A stretch of DNA of 53,829 bases from a virus. Taxonomy: Duplodnaviria > Caudoviricetes. Within the stretch, counting starts at the first letter, position 1. Each line of letters begins with the position of its first letter. A program made the position numbers and the translations under genes. Positions 16,136-26,275 of this stretch are shown here, in pieces. The notes under the pieces were generated by a model that had not been told where the DNA came from, searched no databases, and worked only from the letters and a program-made list of their open reading frames with translations. Where the stretch lies: the IMG/VR virus record IMGVR_UViG_3300002989_000005, positions 1-53,829 of that record. The stretch is one strand, 5' to 3'.

Positions 16136-17151
16136 TAACCTATCACCACCACTCGATATTGACCAGTTGTTGGTGCTGTTGCAAATAATACTTTTATGCT
16201 GTTAGCATCAATTCTTTGCCAATCAGTAATAACTGCATTAAAAGGGGTTACTGTTTCTGTAAATGTTACATTTATATCAGTAGTACCTAAATTATGAGTA
16301 ACTGTAAAAGATGTTGATGTTCCATCACCTACACTTATTGAGTACTTCTTAGTAACTGTTGTAAGTCCTAAATCGGCTATAGTAACAACTACATTTCCGC
16401 TTAAAGCATGCCCATTAATTGTAGTCACTTTATCAACTTTATTTCCCAAGTTTGTAGTCATTGTGGTTGCAAAGTTAGCATCATCACCTAATGCATTAGC
16501 TAGTTCATTTAAAGTATCTAATGTTGCAGGCGACGACGCCACAAGTGCAGCTACTTTAGTATCTACATATCCTTTAGTTGCTTTTTGACTAGCTATTTTA
16601 ATGTCAGAGTTAGCAACCATTGTACTATCTACATCAATATATGATGTATTGATTTTTAAATTTAAAGCAGTTTGTTGAGCAGTAGACACTGGCTTATTTG
16701 CATCAGCAGTGTTTTCAGCACTTCCTAGCCCTACATCAGCCTTTGTAGTCCCATGTGGATTAGTTCCCGTTGGGTGTACATATAAATTTGCTCCTGTAGC
16801 TATACCATCTAATTTTGTTTTTAAAGCATTAGTAAAAGCAATTTCCATAGCATCTAAAACAATTGTATTGCTATGTGCATGTTTTTTAGTTATTGCATCA
16901 GCAACATTTGTGCTCAAATTATTATCATCAATAATTGAGGCACAAGCATTTATTAAAGCAACAATAGAAATTCCGGTTAAAACCTGTCCCAAATCAATCC
17001 AAGCAGATCCATCCCATCCATAATAATTATTATCTGTTGTATTAAAATATATTTGTCCTGGACCTGGACTTGCTGGAGCTGTTGCTAGATTTTGCAGTTT
17101 AGCATTTTGAAGTTCGTTTTTATTTAAGTCTATATTCGTTATAAATTTCAA
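16135..17151 (-). CDS. Tail fibre protein
   Basis: NPHGTTKADVGLG..ENTAD.NKPVSTAQ, SPATLDTLNELANALGDD.NFATT, VTHNL motifs. Confidence 0.85.
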   Translation of the reverse strand: MKFITNIDLNKNELQNAKLQNLATAPASPGPGQIYFNTTDNNYYGWDGSAWIDLGQVLTGISIVALINACASIIDDNNLSTNVADAITKKHAHSNTIVLDAMEIAFTNALKTKLDGIATGANLYVHPTGTNPHGTTKADVGLGSAENTADANKPVSTAQQTALNLKINTSYIDVDSTMVANSDIKIASQKATKGYVDTKVAALVASSPATLDTLNELANALGDDANFATTMTTNLGNKVDKVTTINGHALSGNVVVTIADLGLTTVTKKYSISVGDGTSTSFTVTHNLGTTDINVTFTETVTPFNAVITDWQRIDANSIKVLFATAPTTGQYRVVVIG

Positions 17152-17170
17152 TTAAACTATCACTTCCTTT

Positions 17171-17500
17171 CTAATTCAAGTAAGCATAGCCAGAAAATCC
17201 AGCTGTAAAAATTAATTTAAGTACATTATCATCTACATATTCCACATCTCCCGCTACTAAAGACCCAGCACTATCAACTATAGTAACACTTGGTCTTTTA
17301 TTTAAATTATGTGTTACCACCCAGGTAGGTTGACTTGATAACTGAGTGTGCATATATGAGCTATCACCGTTAACAATAGCATTTGAAGTTCCATCACCAA
17401 TAAAAATTTCCTTTGTATCTGTGCAAAATCCAAACTCAGCTTCTAATAAAACCGGCAAATCAACTTTTAACCCTCTTTTTACTTGAATAGTTTGTGCCAA
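17171..17500 (-). CDS. Tail structural protein (Mtd-N-like head plus HNL domain)
   Basis: IQVKRG....LP.L...EFGFCTDTKE.FIG; W.V.HNL.K.PSVT.VD. Confidence 0.75.
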   Translation of the reverse strand: MAQTIQVKRGLKVDLPVLLEAEFGFCTDTKEIFIGDGTSNAIVNGDSSYMHTQLSSQPTWVVTHNLNKRPSVTIVDSAGSLVAGDVEYVDDNVLKLIFTAGFSGYAYLN

Positions 17501-17513
17501 TTATTTCACCCCT

Positions 17514-18338
17514 TTAAGTTTCTCTAAACCAAAAGTCTATATTTGTCGGTGTAGTAGGTTCTGCTGTACCTTTATAAATTTTGGGTATTGCACTTATCTG
17601 ATTTGCTAAGTTTCCAGCAATATCTCCACTAAGCGTACCTTTTACATTATTAAACCAAGTATTAAAATCACTTTGAAACTGTGATTCTATATTATCAATC
17701 TGACTTTGTTCACTTACGGTCATGGCACTATACCAATTATCAAATGTTTGTTTTTTGTCTGCAGTCCAAGTCGTAAAATCTCCATTATAATCAAGTTGTT
17801 TTGTGGTATACCATGCTTGATATTGAGTGAATATTGCGGTTGTGTCTGCTTGAATCAAACTATTTACCCAGCCACAATAAGTAGTATTCATTCTTAAATC
17901 TGTTATAACAGCTTGAGTAATACTTGTTATTCCATTACTAATTAATATATCTGCAATTCCTAGCTCATAACCATCTGCATCCCTCTGTAAAGCTAAAGCA
18001 ATTGGCAAACTTGCAAATGTACCTTTTTTTATTACTGCACTTATAAGTCTTCCTACTGTATCAAATCTTATCACTACCCTGTCTGTACGTTTTAAAACAC
18101 CATCAGCAACAGATATAGGCAATATTAAATCACTGTCATTAATATATACATATCCATTAATCCAAGCCTTACCAGCTTTAATAGTAACCGTCATATTACT
18201 ATTAGATATAACTTGCAAATTCGTTGAAGGATTAGGGAATACACCATTTGTTATTAGACTACTAAAAAATGCAGCAAAATCCGAAGCTTTATATTTTCTA
18301 TCCCCGGCTACACTATTAAAAAAACTTGATTTTTCCAC
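17514..18338 (-). CDS. Baseplate/structural protein
   Basis: SFFNS..GDR.Y.A.DFA..F..L..NGVF...G.AWINGY...R.DRVV.R motif common in Firmicutes siphophages. Confidence 0.8.
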   Translation of the reverse strand: MEKSSFFNSVAGDRKYKASDFAAFFSSLITNGVFPNPSTNLQVISNSNMTVTIKAGKAWINGYVYINDSDLILPISVADGVLKRTDRVVIRFDTVGRLISAVIKKGTFASLPIALALQRDADGYELGIADILISNGITSITQAVITDLRMNTTYCGWVNSLIQADTTAIFTQYQAWYTTKQLDYNGDFTTWTADKKQTFDNWYSAMTVSEQSQIDNIESQFQSDFNTWFNNVKGTLSGDIAGNLANQISAIPKIYKGTAEPTTPTNIDFWFRET

Positions 18339-18353
18339 ATTATCACATCCTTT

Positions 18354-19532
18354 CTATACAAAATTTCCGCCATCAATACTTGTTATTTCCGGACTACCTC
18401 CAGTGCTGCTACTACCGGAACTAGGTTTTTGTTTTGACATATTTTTAATTTTATCTAATATCGTTGGAATGTTGTTGCCAAAAGTAATATTAATCCGAGG
18501 ACCCGCCTCTTCATATACCTCTTCTACTTCTGTAATTCTAGAATCTAAGGTTAGACCCCATTTTTTACTAACATAAGTAACTATATCTCCCAAGTCGAAA
18601 TCCACTTTATAAGTTAAATTACTGTTCGAATTTATAGTGCTATCAAAAGTTTGTATTTCTTTTGTTTCTACGAGTGTTTCATTGCCTTTTCCTATAAGCA
18701 AATTATTGTAATCAGTATTGCTCATTACAGTTGAGACACCATCTATATCTTCTGTATTAGCTAAACTCTTTTGGTCATTAAATACCTCGAATCTGTCAAG
18801 ACCACTACTATTACCTACAGCTATTAATTTTCTTTCAGTGCCTTCACCAATACCTCCTACGAGTGCTAAATTTTTATAGTTATTTAAGCTATCCGTGTAT
18901 TCTTGTTCAAGCACATTCTCAAATTCCTTAGAAAATATACATCTTGGATTAACTGATTGATTAACAGATTTATCAAGTCCTTTATATACCTCAAAATCTA
19001 ACATTTTATTAGGTATATCCAAATTAACTCTGAATCCTAAGTTACTTATACTAGATAAACTTTCAATTTCATCAAGTAAATTTGCATAAGATGCCTGATA
19101 ATCAACTACTTCAGTAAAACTATTTAAAGGTCCTAACATTAAATTAGGAAGGATCCTATTACTATCTACCGGAGCAATGGAGTTTTTATTTACCAGGGTC
19201 CTCATTGCTACCTCAGTTGTAACATTTAATATTTCTGTCCCCCAAATAATTCTACGATTTAAATATCCGGTAAGAAATTTACCTTTTACAACCAATATTT
19301 CCTTACCCTCAGCATCTTGTTTTAAATTTCTATATTCAATGTATCCCGCCTCAGTATCCCCTTTTTTGTAAATAATATTTTCTCTAGATAATAAACTTAA
19401 ACTTTCAGGAGTTAATGCACAATTCAATTCAAACTCACCACATTTTAAGTATCTGCGGACCCATCTTAGAGATGCAAAATTATCAATTATTCCTTGAAAC
19501 TCCAAATTCCTATTAAATATATATAACTCCAT
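18354..19532 (-). CDS. Minor tail protein (ReqiPepy6 Gp37-like hub)
   Basis: SL.W.RRY...GEFEL...Y.VDFDLGDIV...RITEVEE..E; follows Dit. Confidence 0.85.
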   Translation of the reverse strand: MELYIFNRNLEFQGIIDNFASLRWVRRYLKCGEFELNCALTPESLSLLSRENIIYKKGDTEAGYIEYRNLKQDAEGKEILVVKGKFLTGYLNRRIIWGTEILNVTTEVAMRTLVNKNSIAPVDSNRILPNLMLGPLNSFTEVVDYQASYANLLDEIESLSSISNLGFRVNLDIPNKMLDFEVYKGLDKSVNQSVNPRCIFSKEFENVLEQEYTDSLNNYKNLALVGGIGEGTERKLIAVGNSSGLDRFEVFNDQKSLANTEDIDGVSTVMSNTDYNNLLIGKGNETLVETKEIQTFDSTINSNSNLTYKVDFDLGDIVTYVSKKWGLTLDSRITEVEEVYEEAGPRINITFGNNIPTILDKIKNMSKQKPSSGSSSTGGSPEITSIDGGNFV

Positions 19533-19535
19533 CTA

Positions 19536-20417
19536 TTACACCCCCAAGTATTGAGGTTGATAATAAATTGATACTTCTAAGTTATCTAATCCAGAACTTG
19601 CATCATATCTCATAAGATTATCTCCAGTCTTTAATTGGAGAAATGTGCTTTCAAAATCTATATAATTAAAAATATTAGTGGTTATTCCATTTACAGTGGA
19701 TTCTATTTTTTTAGCACCAAAATAAGTTGATACTGTAATTACTTCACCCGCTACCATGCCTTTAGTGATTCTTATAAATTCTCCTGTATTCACATTCAAT
19801 AGACTTGGATTGGTAAGCGTTGCAAGTGCTTTAAATTCAACTCTCATACCACATTCAACATCTCCGGTATTATTTGTATTAACAATTAGACTTGGAGCTC
19901 TATACCCAAATTCTATGCCACCATCAATTAATTCTAATCCATCCGATCCATCTTCAGAAAAACTAAAACTTCCTATCCATAGTGCGATTTCTTTTTTAGA
20001 TTCTATTAAATCCGTCCAGAAAGGATTATTTGCAGTTAAGCTTATTAGACCTTCAGAGGCTGAACTATCAACATCAACAAAACAAGGAATTTTATTTAAA
20101 ATACATTTTACTTTTCTTTCTTTTACACCATCTTTATAAATTAAATATCCTTCACCGTTCTTTGGATTGAATATTCTATTCATTTTAATTCTAAGATTTA
20201 TTAATTCTTCTTCTGTGCTGCAAATTAAACCAACTTCTAATGTAATATCCATTATGTCTAACGTATTGCCTAAGTAATTTTTTCCATCTTGACTCATACC
20301 CTTAGAGTTATAAATATTTACACTTTCACTTTGTGTAAATCCTTGTAATACTAAAGGGGCTGAATTAGTTAGTGTTAACTCATCCCCCAAGGTATTCATA
20401 TATGTTAAAGTTCTCAA
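19536..20417 (-). CDS. Distal tail protein (Dit)
   Basis: Follows the tape measure gene; NPK.G.G.L, L.A.NPFW, F.QL..GDN. Confidence 0.85.
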   Translation of the reverse strand: MRTLTYMNTLGDELTLTNSAPLVLQGFTQSESVNIYNSKGMSQDGKNYLGNTLDIMDITLEVGLICSTEEELINLRIKMNRIFNPKNGEGYLIYKDGVKERKVKCILNKIPCFVDVDSSASEGLISLTANNPFWTDLIESKKEIALWIGSFSFSEDGSDGLELIDGGIEFGYRAPSLIVNTNNTGDVECGMRVEFKALATLTNPSLLNVNTGEFIRITKGMVAGEVITVSTYFGAKKIESTVNGITTNIFNYIDFESTFLQLKTGDNLMRYDASSGLDNLEVSIYYQPQYLGV

Positions 20418-20428
20418 ATTTTCACCCC

Positions 20429-23116
20429 CTAAAAATTAAATGCTAATTCTTGCAACGCTCTTTTGTTTTGCCTTGCTATTTCGCTTGGACTTAAAGCAGT
20501 TGGACTATATATATTAACCGTTTGGGTTATTCCTTGCTTAGTATTTGATGTATCGACACTATCTTGTGTATTTTTTGTGCCTATACTTGTTATATTGGCA
20601 TTAGTATTAACTTTCATATCACCAGTCAAGGATTTAATTGAGTCTATTACCTTAAACTTATTGGCATCTATACCTTTTGCCATTCCATTCATGAAATCAG
20701 GCATCCAACTTTCATAATCTGTGAGTGGTCCTTCATCCGGCACCGAGAAATGCAAGAAACTTTTAATTTTATCAGCTACACCACTAACTGCACTCGTAAT
20801 ACCACCAATCATACTAGTTATCCCATTAATCATTCCTTGTATCATATCTTTTCCATAACCTAACATCTGTGCTGGAAGAGCTTTCAAAAAAGCAATTGCA
20901 CTATTAAAACCGTTTTTAACTACAGTTCCAATTGTGCTCATTATAGAACTTATACCGTTTTTCAATCCATTAAAAGCGTTTGTTCCTAAGGTTTGTAATG
21001 TTCCAGGAAGACCTTTAAAGAAAGTAATAATACCATTAAATATATTAATCCATCCATTCACTGAGCTTGTAACGATGGAAACTATAGCATTTTTTAAGGC
21101 ATTAAAACCATTTGATGCTGTAGTTTTGATGCCATCCCATAATGAAGATAAGAAACTTTTTAACCCATTCCAAATATTTTTAGCACCTTCTACAATTCCA
21201 GTAATTAAATTACTTATCGTAGTTTTTATAGATGTCCAAACATTTGATGCAGTAGTCTTAATACCATCCCATAGATTGCTCATAAAGGTTTTAAAGCCAT
21301 CCCATAATGTTTTTGCACCATTAACTATATTATTAAATGCGTTGGTAAGAGCAGTAGCTATTATGCCAATAATACTACTAAATATTTGTTTTATTCCATT
21401 CCAAATTTCAGAAAAAGAATCTTTAAGTTTATTAAATATTTTTACAGCATTATCTCTTAATTCCCCAAAATTTCCTGTTACTAAATCTAAAATTAAAAGA
21501 ATAGTACCTAAAAATATAGTTTTAATTGCATCCCACACACCAGTGAAAAATGTTTTTACTCCATTGAATATCCCTTTTATTCCTTCTATAAGAAATCCAA
21601 ATTTATCATTTACAAAAGTAACTATTGCAGTTACGAGATTTGTAAAAATAGTTTTAATGCCATCCCATACATTTGAGAAAAAAGTTTTAATTCCATTCCA
21701 AATATTTTCAGTAGTAGTTTTAATAGAAGTCCATACATCACTAAAAAATGTTTTTATACTAGTAAATACACTACTTACTGTAGATTTAATACTATCCCAT
21801 GCACTAAATAAGAACGTTTTTATTGTTGCCCAGACTTCAAGCGTCTTGGCTTTTATAACGTCCCAATGTGTTACTATTTCATATATGCCAATACCTAATA
21901 AAACTAGAGCAGCTATTATCAAACCTACTGGACCCATTGCAACTTTTAAAGCTACTCCAAATGCGGTTGTTGCGACGGTTGCAACTGTAGTGGCTACGGT
22001 AGAAATTCCTGTTGCTATTGCTCTTGCTTTATCGGCTGCAATTAATAGCCAAATTTGAACAGTTTCAGCCATATCCAAACCCTTTTTTACAAGTAAAATA
22101 CCATTATGGACCAGTAATGCAGCACTCGTTATGAGTATATATCCTTTATGGATTACCCAGGCAACACCTAATAATTCAAGACCAGTTTTTATTAATCCTA
22201 GATTATCTCTGATAGTTGTTATTACATTACCTATAATTGGAGCTATTGTCTGAACAGAACTGATTATTCCATCCGTAGCTGTTTTTATTACGCTTTGTAT
22301 CTTAGGCATATTATCATTAACCCAAGAAACTAGTTTCATAAAATAAGGCAACACAACGGTTCCAATACTTTGGCCTAGACCTTCCAAATTTAATTTTGCA
22401 ACTCTAACTTGATTTGCAAAACTTGTACTTAATGTCTTTCCAAAATCACCTTGTGCATCAGCGGTTGTTTTCATTAAATAATTATATCTAAGTGTTGTTT
22501 GTTCTCCTTGTGTCATCTGTGCGTATGGTTTTTTAATACCTTCTGCCAGTGCATAGGAACTTAAATTAGCAACACTCATATTTATACCCAATGCTTTTAA
22601 TGGCTCTGTCTCCCCACTAATACCACTACGTAATTTCTCCCACATATCCTTAGTATCAACATTATAGAAAGAGGACATATCACCTGTTAATTGAACTAAG
22701 TTTTTAGACATATTGGCACTAGAGGTTTCACTTACACCACTGCTCTTAAGCATTGCTCCCATAAAGCCAACCCATTGTGTACTTGCTGTTTTACTTATTC
22801 CAGCACTTGAAGCGGTTGTACTTGCCCACGCTTCGATAGCTTTACCACTAGTTTTAAAAGTTGTTTCCACAACGTTTTGTGCTTCACTTAAATTGCTTGC
22901 ACTTTCTGCAAAATCATATGCCTTTTTTATTAAACTAGTAATTCCAAGGCCTATTCCTAAAGTAGCACCTAATTTTAATGCGGAACTACCTATTTTACCA
23001 AATGCAGTATCAAATATTGAATTGGTATTTTTCGCTTTTTTATCAAAGTCATCAAGTTGTTTTGTTACACCATTATCTTTTAACAATATTTCACCGAAGA
23101 GCTCAAAAATTTGCAT
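20429..23116 (-). CDS. Tape measure protein
   Basis: 895 aa, W/F 11-residue repeats, LHFSVPDEGPL motif. Confidence 0.93.
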   Translation of the reverse strand: MQIFELFGEILLKDNGVTKQLDDFDKKAKNTNSIFDTAFGKIGSSALKLGATLGIGLGITSLIKKAYDFAESASNLSEAQNVVETTFKTSGKAIEAWASTTASSAGISKTASTQWVGFMGAMLKSSGVSETSSANMSKNLVQLTGDMSSFYNVDTKDMWEKLRSGISGETEPLKALGINMSVANLSSYALAEGIKKPYAQMTQGEQTTLRYNYLMKTTADAQGDFGKTLSTSFANQVRVAKLNLEGLGQSIGTVVLPYFMKLVSWVNDNMPKIQSVIKTATDGIISSVQTIAPIIGNVITTIRDNLGLIKTGLELLGVAWVIHKGYILITSAALLVHNGILLVKKGLDMAETVQIWLLIAADKARAIATGISTVATTVATVATTAFGVALKVAMGPVGLIIAALVLLGIGIYEIVTHWDVIKAKTLEVWATIKTFLFSAWDSIKSTVSSVFTSIKTFFSDVWTSIKTTTENIWNGIKTFFSNVWDGIKTIFTNLVTAIVTFVNDKFGFLIEGIKGIFNGVKTFFTGVWDAIKTIFLGTILLILDLVTGNFGELRDNAVKIFNKLKDSFSEIWNGIKQIFSSIIGIIATALTNAFNNIVNGAKTLWDGFKTFMSNLWDGIKTTASNVWTSIKTTISNLITGIVEGAKNIWNGLKSFLSSLWDGIKTTASNGFNALKNAIVSIVTSSVNGWINIFNGIITFFKGLPGTLQTLGTNAFNGLKNGISSIMSTIGTVVKNGFNSAIAFLKALPAQMLGYGKDMIQGMINGITSMIGGITSAVSGVADKIKSFLHFSVPDEGPLTDYESWMPDFMNGMAKGIDANKFKVIDSIKSLTGDMKVNTNANITSIGTKNTQDSVDTSNTKQGITQTVNIYSPTALSPSEIARQNKRALQELAFNF

Positions 23117-23120
23117 TTAG

Positions 23121-23438
23121 CTACCTCCTTCCCTGATCCATAGCCTTTATTTTTTCAGCTTCTTTTAATATTTCCGCTACATCTAATTTTTGTGGTGTTG
23201 GAGCAAACGCCTTCTTTTTATAATCTTCAAAGTTTGTATAATGTTCCGAATCCATATTCCCATAATCTATTAAGTATTGTTTATACAACTTATCCTCAGC
23301 ATCTTTTAAATAAGCACCTCTGATTTGTTCAAGGCCATCATCTATATCCATATCCATAATATAATTCAAACTATTATATCTATTTAACAGTAAATCTAAG
23401 CAGTCAACATCATCTATTTGACTGCTGTAGATAAAAAA
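23121..23438 (-). CDS. Frameshift extension of the tail assembly chaperone (gpT-like)
   Basis: The -1 frame is open from the slippery site through the annotated 82-aa ORF. Confidence 0.75.
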   Translation of the reverse strand, partial: FFIYSSQIDDVDCLDLLLNRYNSLNYIMDMDIDDGLEQIRGAYLKDAEDKLYKQYLIDYGNMDSEHYTNFEDYKKKAFAPTPQKLDVAEILKEAEKIKAMDQGRR

Positions 23439-23749
23439 CTTCCTACACCTTCTTGACTCATTAACTCCTTAAATAAGCTTATCAATTCTGTTAAACCCAG
23501 ATCTTCAATTTCTTTAGCAGTTTTTCCAGTTAAATCAGCCAAGAGTTTATTTATTTCCTTTTCTGCAGATCCAATATTTTCAACAAATATCATAAGCAAA
23601 TCTATTTGCATTGCTTGTTCCGCTTTAGCCTTATTTTCCTCCGTAAGTCCAGTAACATTTTTTGATACTTTCTTAATATCTTCTTTCACGTTCATCTTTT
23701 TTAAAATCCTACTCAAACTAAATAAATCCGCAGTTTTTAAAGTTCTCAT
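23414..23749 (-). CDS. Tail assembly chaperone (gpG-like)
   Basis: Between major tail and tape measure genes; slippery end. Confidence 0.85.
   Translation of the reverse strand: MRTLKTADLFSLSRILKKMNVKEDIKKVSKNVTGLTEENKAKAEQAMQIDLLMIFVENIGSAEKEINKLLADLTGKTAKEIEDLGLTELISLFKELMSQEGVGSFLSTAVK
23432..23438 (-). other. Programmed -1 frameshift heptamer T TTT TTA
   Basis: Lies a few codons before the chaperone stop codon and joins it to the downstream frame. Confidence 0.75.
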
Positions 23750-23808
23750 TAATTTATACCTCCAAAATTTTAATAGAAAAAAAGCACCCTGTTGAAGGAT
23801 GCTTTAAA

Positions 23809-24687
23809 TTAATTATTTATTACTGTAGTTGCTGGGAATGTTGCTAATGCGCCACCACCAAGTGATGAAACTTGATTTCCAACTATATCAGATGAATTAT
23901 ATGCTATTGTAACCGCTTGCCCTGAAGTTGGTTCAGTAGTAAGAGTAATCGCTACTATGCTAAGATCATTTACATCTCTTACTGCAGATGTTATTATATT
24001 TGGTTCACCAAGTACAGTAGCTACAAAATTTACGACCGGTACAGTTGTTGCTATATTATCATTAAAATCTAAACGTATTTTCCCATTACTAATTATAGGA
24101 TTAGATACTAAATAAGGGGCTGCTGATCCGGTTGCTTTTGGGTATCGAATTTCGTAAGGCAAAATAGTTGGAGTGAGTGGATCAATTGTTCCTGTAAATG
24201 TAACTGGAAGAATATTATCACTTGAATCCTTGGACGCAAATTTAATACCATCACTCGATAGAGCATTTTTTAATATAATTATTACTGGCTTTGATGACCC
24301 AGAAATCTTTCCCACTATTGCTATATTATCTATGTAATCAGATAATAATATTTCTGTTTTGCCTGTGATTATATCATAGCTTGGGTTTGTGGTTGTATCA
24401 ACTGTAGCCATAAGTGCCATCTTAATTATATCTGTTGTTAACTCTAAAAAGTTAACGAGTAAAGTTACGTCAGTTGAAGTTACTCTTGTTAATCCTTTTA
24501 CTACACCATGAAGTCCATCAACTTTTATATCACGTGTAACTGATTTAATTGTGAATGTATTTCCACCACTGGTTGCACCAATTAGTGCTTCATTAGCAAG
24601 CCCATAATTTTTATAGACTGCGCCAGCATCAATCATAAGATTGTCAGGAGTCTTAGTTGTAAATCCTACTGTATTTGTACTATTCAT
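23809..24687 (-). CDS. Major tail protein with C-terminal beta-sandwich domain
   Basis: L..DAGA.YKN...GAT.GG..F...I.VDG...KG; ~100-aa beta-rich extension. Confidence 0.85.
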   Translation of the reverse strand: MNSTNTVGFTTKTPDNLMIDAGAVYKNYGLANEALIGATSGGNTFTIKSVTRDIKVDGLHGVVKGLTRVTSTDVTLLVNFLELTTDIIKMALMATVDTTTNPSYDIITGKTEILLSDYIDNIAIVGKISGSSKPVIIILKNALSSDGIKFASKDSSDNILPVTFTGTIDPLTPTILPYEIRYPKATGSAAPYLVSNPIISNGKIRLDFNDNIATTVPVVNFVATVLGEPNIITSAVRDVNDLSIVAITLTTEPTSGQAVTIAYNSSDIVGNQVSSLGGGALATFPATTVINN

Positions 24688-24701
24688 ATTTGTACCTCCT
24701 A

Positions 24702-25085
24702 TTATTTATAATAAACTGTTACTAAATATCTTAATTGCCTTCTTTGAATATATGGAATAGGGTCCAATAATTCTAGCCGATATGGTTTATCCCTATTTAT
24801 TGATGTATTCATAATTGCATCATTATGTTGAGTTCTATTTAATGATTTATGGATGGCATCAGTTAACCCCTCAATTTCTGTAATGTCTGTATCCTTATCA
24901 TCCCAAATGTCTATAGTTAACAAATTATTATCTGAAAAACTATTATTGGGAAGAATATTAGGAAATTTAATTTCTGCATAGGGGTAAACTTTAGCCACTC
25001 CCTCTTGATCTGTAGGGTAGTGGCCAACAAATGTATTTATAATAGACTCTATTTTAGAATTAATCAATGCATAAACTTCTAGCAT
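24702..25085 (-). CDS. Tail terminator/completion protein
   Basis: YPY, IDIWD, RR.LRY motifs; synteny. Confidence 0.75.
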   Translation of the reverse strand: MLEVYALINSKIESIINTFVGHYPTDQEGVAKVYPYAEIKFPNILPNNSFSDNNLLTIDIWDDKDTDITEIEGLTDAIHKSLNRTQHNDAIMNTSINRDKPYRLELLDPIPYIQRRQLRYLVTVYYK

Positions 25086-25423
25086 TATTTACCACCCATT
25101 TTCTGTTTATAAATTCTATTAGCTACCAATGCCAACTTTGGTATAGAGTTCATTGCTCCAGGTTCTAAATAAGGTTGTGCCATTTGCTTAGAACTACCTT
25201 TTTCAACGAATAAACCATAAGGAGCATCCTTAGTTACACCTACATAGACACCAACGTCACCATCCATTACCTCATCAACTATACTTTCACGTAAAAAACC
25301 AGTTAGAACAGGGCATAAATTCTTGGCTTCTCCTGTTACTAAAGTTCCAACGCCTATACAAAATTCCTTTTTACAGAGTTTCATTGCGACTAATACCGCA
25401 TTTTTATAACTTTTATAAGCCAA
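25085..25423 (-). CDS. HK97 gp10-like protein
   Basis: PV.TG.LR.SI...Y..FVE.G...M.AQPYL.P. Confidence 0.85.
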   Translation of the reverse strand: MAYKSYKNAVLVAMKLCKKEFCIGVGTLVTGEAKNLCPVLTGFLRESIVDEVMDGDVGVYVGVTKDAPYGLFVEKGSSKQMAQPYLEPGAMNSIPKLALVANRIYKQKMGGK

Positions 25424-25730
25424 AAAGCATCACCTCCATATATTCATCGTCCCAAGGAATAGCTTTAACTTCTAAACTTAATGTTTTATCGTATTTATCA
25501 ATATATTTAATAATGGTTCCTATTTTAATATCTTTATCAAAATAGTCTACATAAATTCGCTTATTAACATCTATGTCATAACCATAATTTTTAAATAGTA
25601 ATGCCCGGCTATAAGGTTGGACATCACACATTATATCTTTTACCCATGCTAATACACCTGGAATAAATATACCATTAACCTTAGTTCCAAGAGCCTTATT
25701 ATATATACCTACTTTATAATTCTTAAGCAA
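25413..25730 (-). CDS. Head closure/adaptor protein
   Basis: Synteny; CDVQP motif. Confidence 0.7.
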   Translation of the reverse strand: MLKNYKVGIYNKALGTKVNGIFIPGVLAWVKDIMCDVQPYSRALLFKNYGYDIDVNKRIYVDYFDKDIKIGTIIKYIDKYDKTLSLEVKAIPWDDEYMEVMLFGL

Positions 25731-26052
25731 TTGGATTCACCTCTTTGCAATGCCTGACACCAAGCATTTTGACATAAGGTGGAGGTAATAAAGCTTTTAC
25801 ACTTTCAGATAAACCAGTAACATAAGTTCCACTACGACTACCCTGTCCAAAAGATTGTAGCCCTTCATTCCCTCTCTTATTAACACATAAAGTTACATAT
25901 TCAATAACTGCATCATCATAGCCAGTAGCATCTGTTATTAAATCATTATTCATATAAGCTACTATTAAAGTTGTTGCTTTCCTTATATAAATACTTAATA
26001 AATTTACACTAACATTAGATCCTAATATTTCTTGTAAATCTTCAATTACCAT
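25723..26052 (-). CDS. Head-tail connector (SPP1 gp15-like)
   Basis: NKRGNEGL.S..QG.RS..Y. Confidence 0.8.
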   Translation of the reverse strand: MVIEDLQEILGSNVSVNLLSIYIRKATTLIVAYMNNDLITDATGYDDAVIEYVTLCVNKRGNEGLQSFGQGSRSGTYVTGLSESVKALLPPPYVKMLGVRHCKEVNPIA

Positions 26053-26086
26053 AATTACCTCCCGCTAAAAATAAAAGGGAAGGAAA

Positions 26087-26263
26087 TTACTCCTTACCCT
26101 TTTTGGCTGCCTTTTCTTCAACTTTAGGTGCTACTGTTTCTGAGCTAATATCTTCTAGAAATTCTTTTCTAGTACATTCAGTATATCCTCTGGTTAATAA
26201 TGTTTCTTTTTCTTTCTCAGTTTGTACAATTTTATGGACATTAAGTTTTTTAAGTTCAAACAT
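26087..26263 (-). CDS. 58-aa head-associated protein (not in ORF track)
   Basis: AGGAGG RBS; MFELKKLNVHKIV...LLTRGY.E; directly after the capsid gene. Confidence 0.7.
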   Translation of the reverse strand: MFELKKLNVHKIVQTEKEKETLLTRGYTECTRKEFLEDISSETVAPKVEEKAAKKGKE

Positions 26264-26275
26264 TTAAGCTACCTC

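Noticed and set aside
20934-22058. 374-aa + strand ORF and the many other antisense ORFs in the track
   Set aside because: Shadows of real minus-strand genes, here the repetitive tape measure; no RBS and no recognisable motifs.
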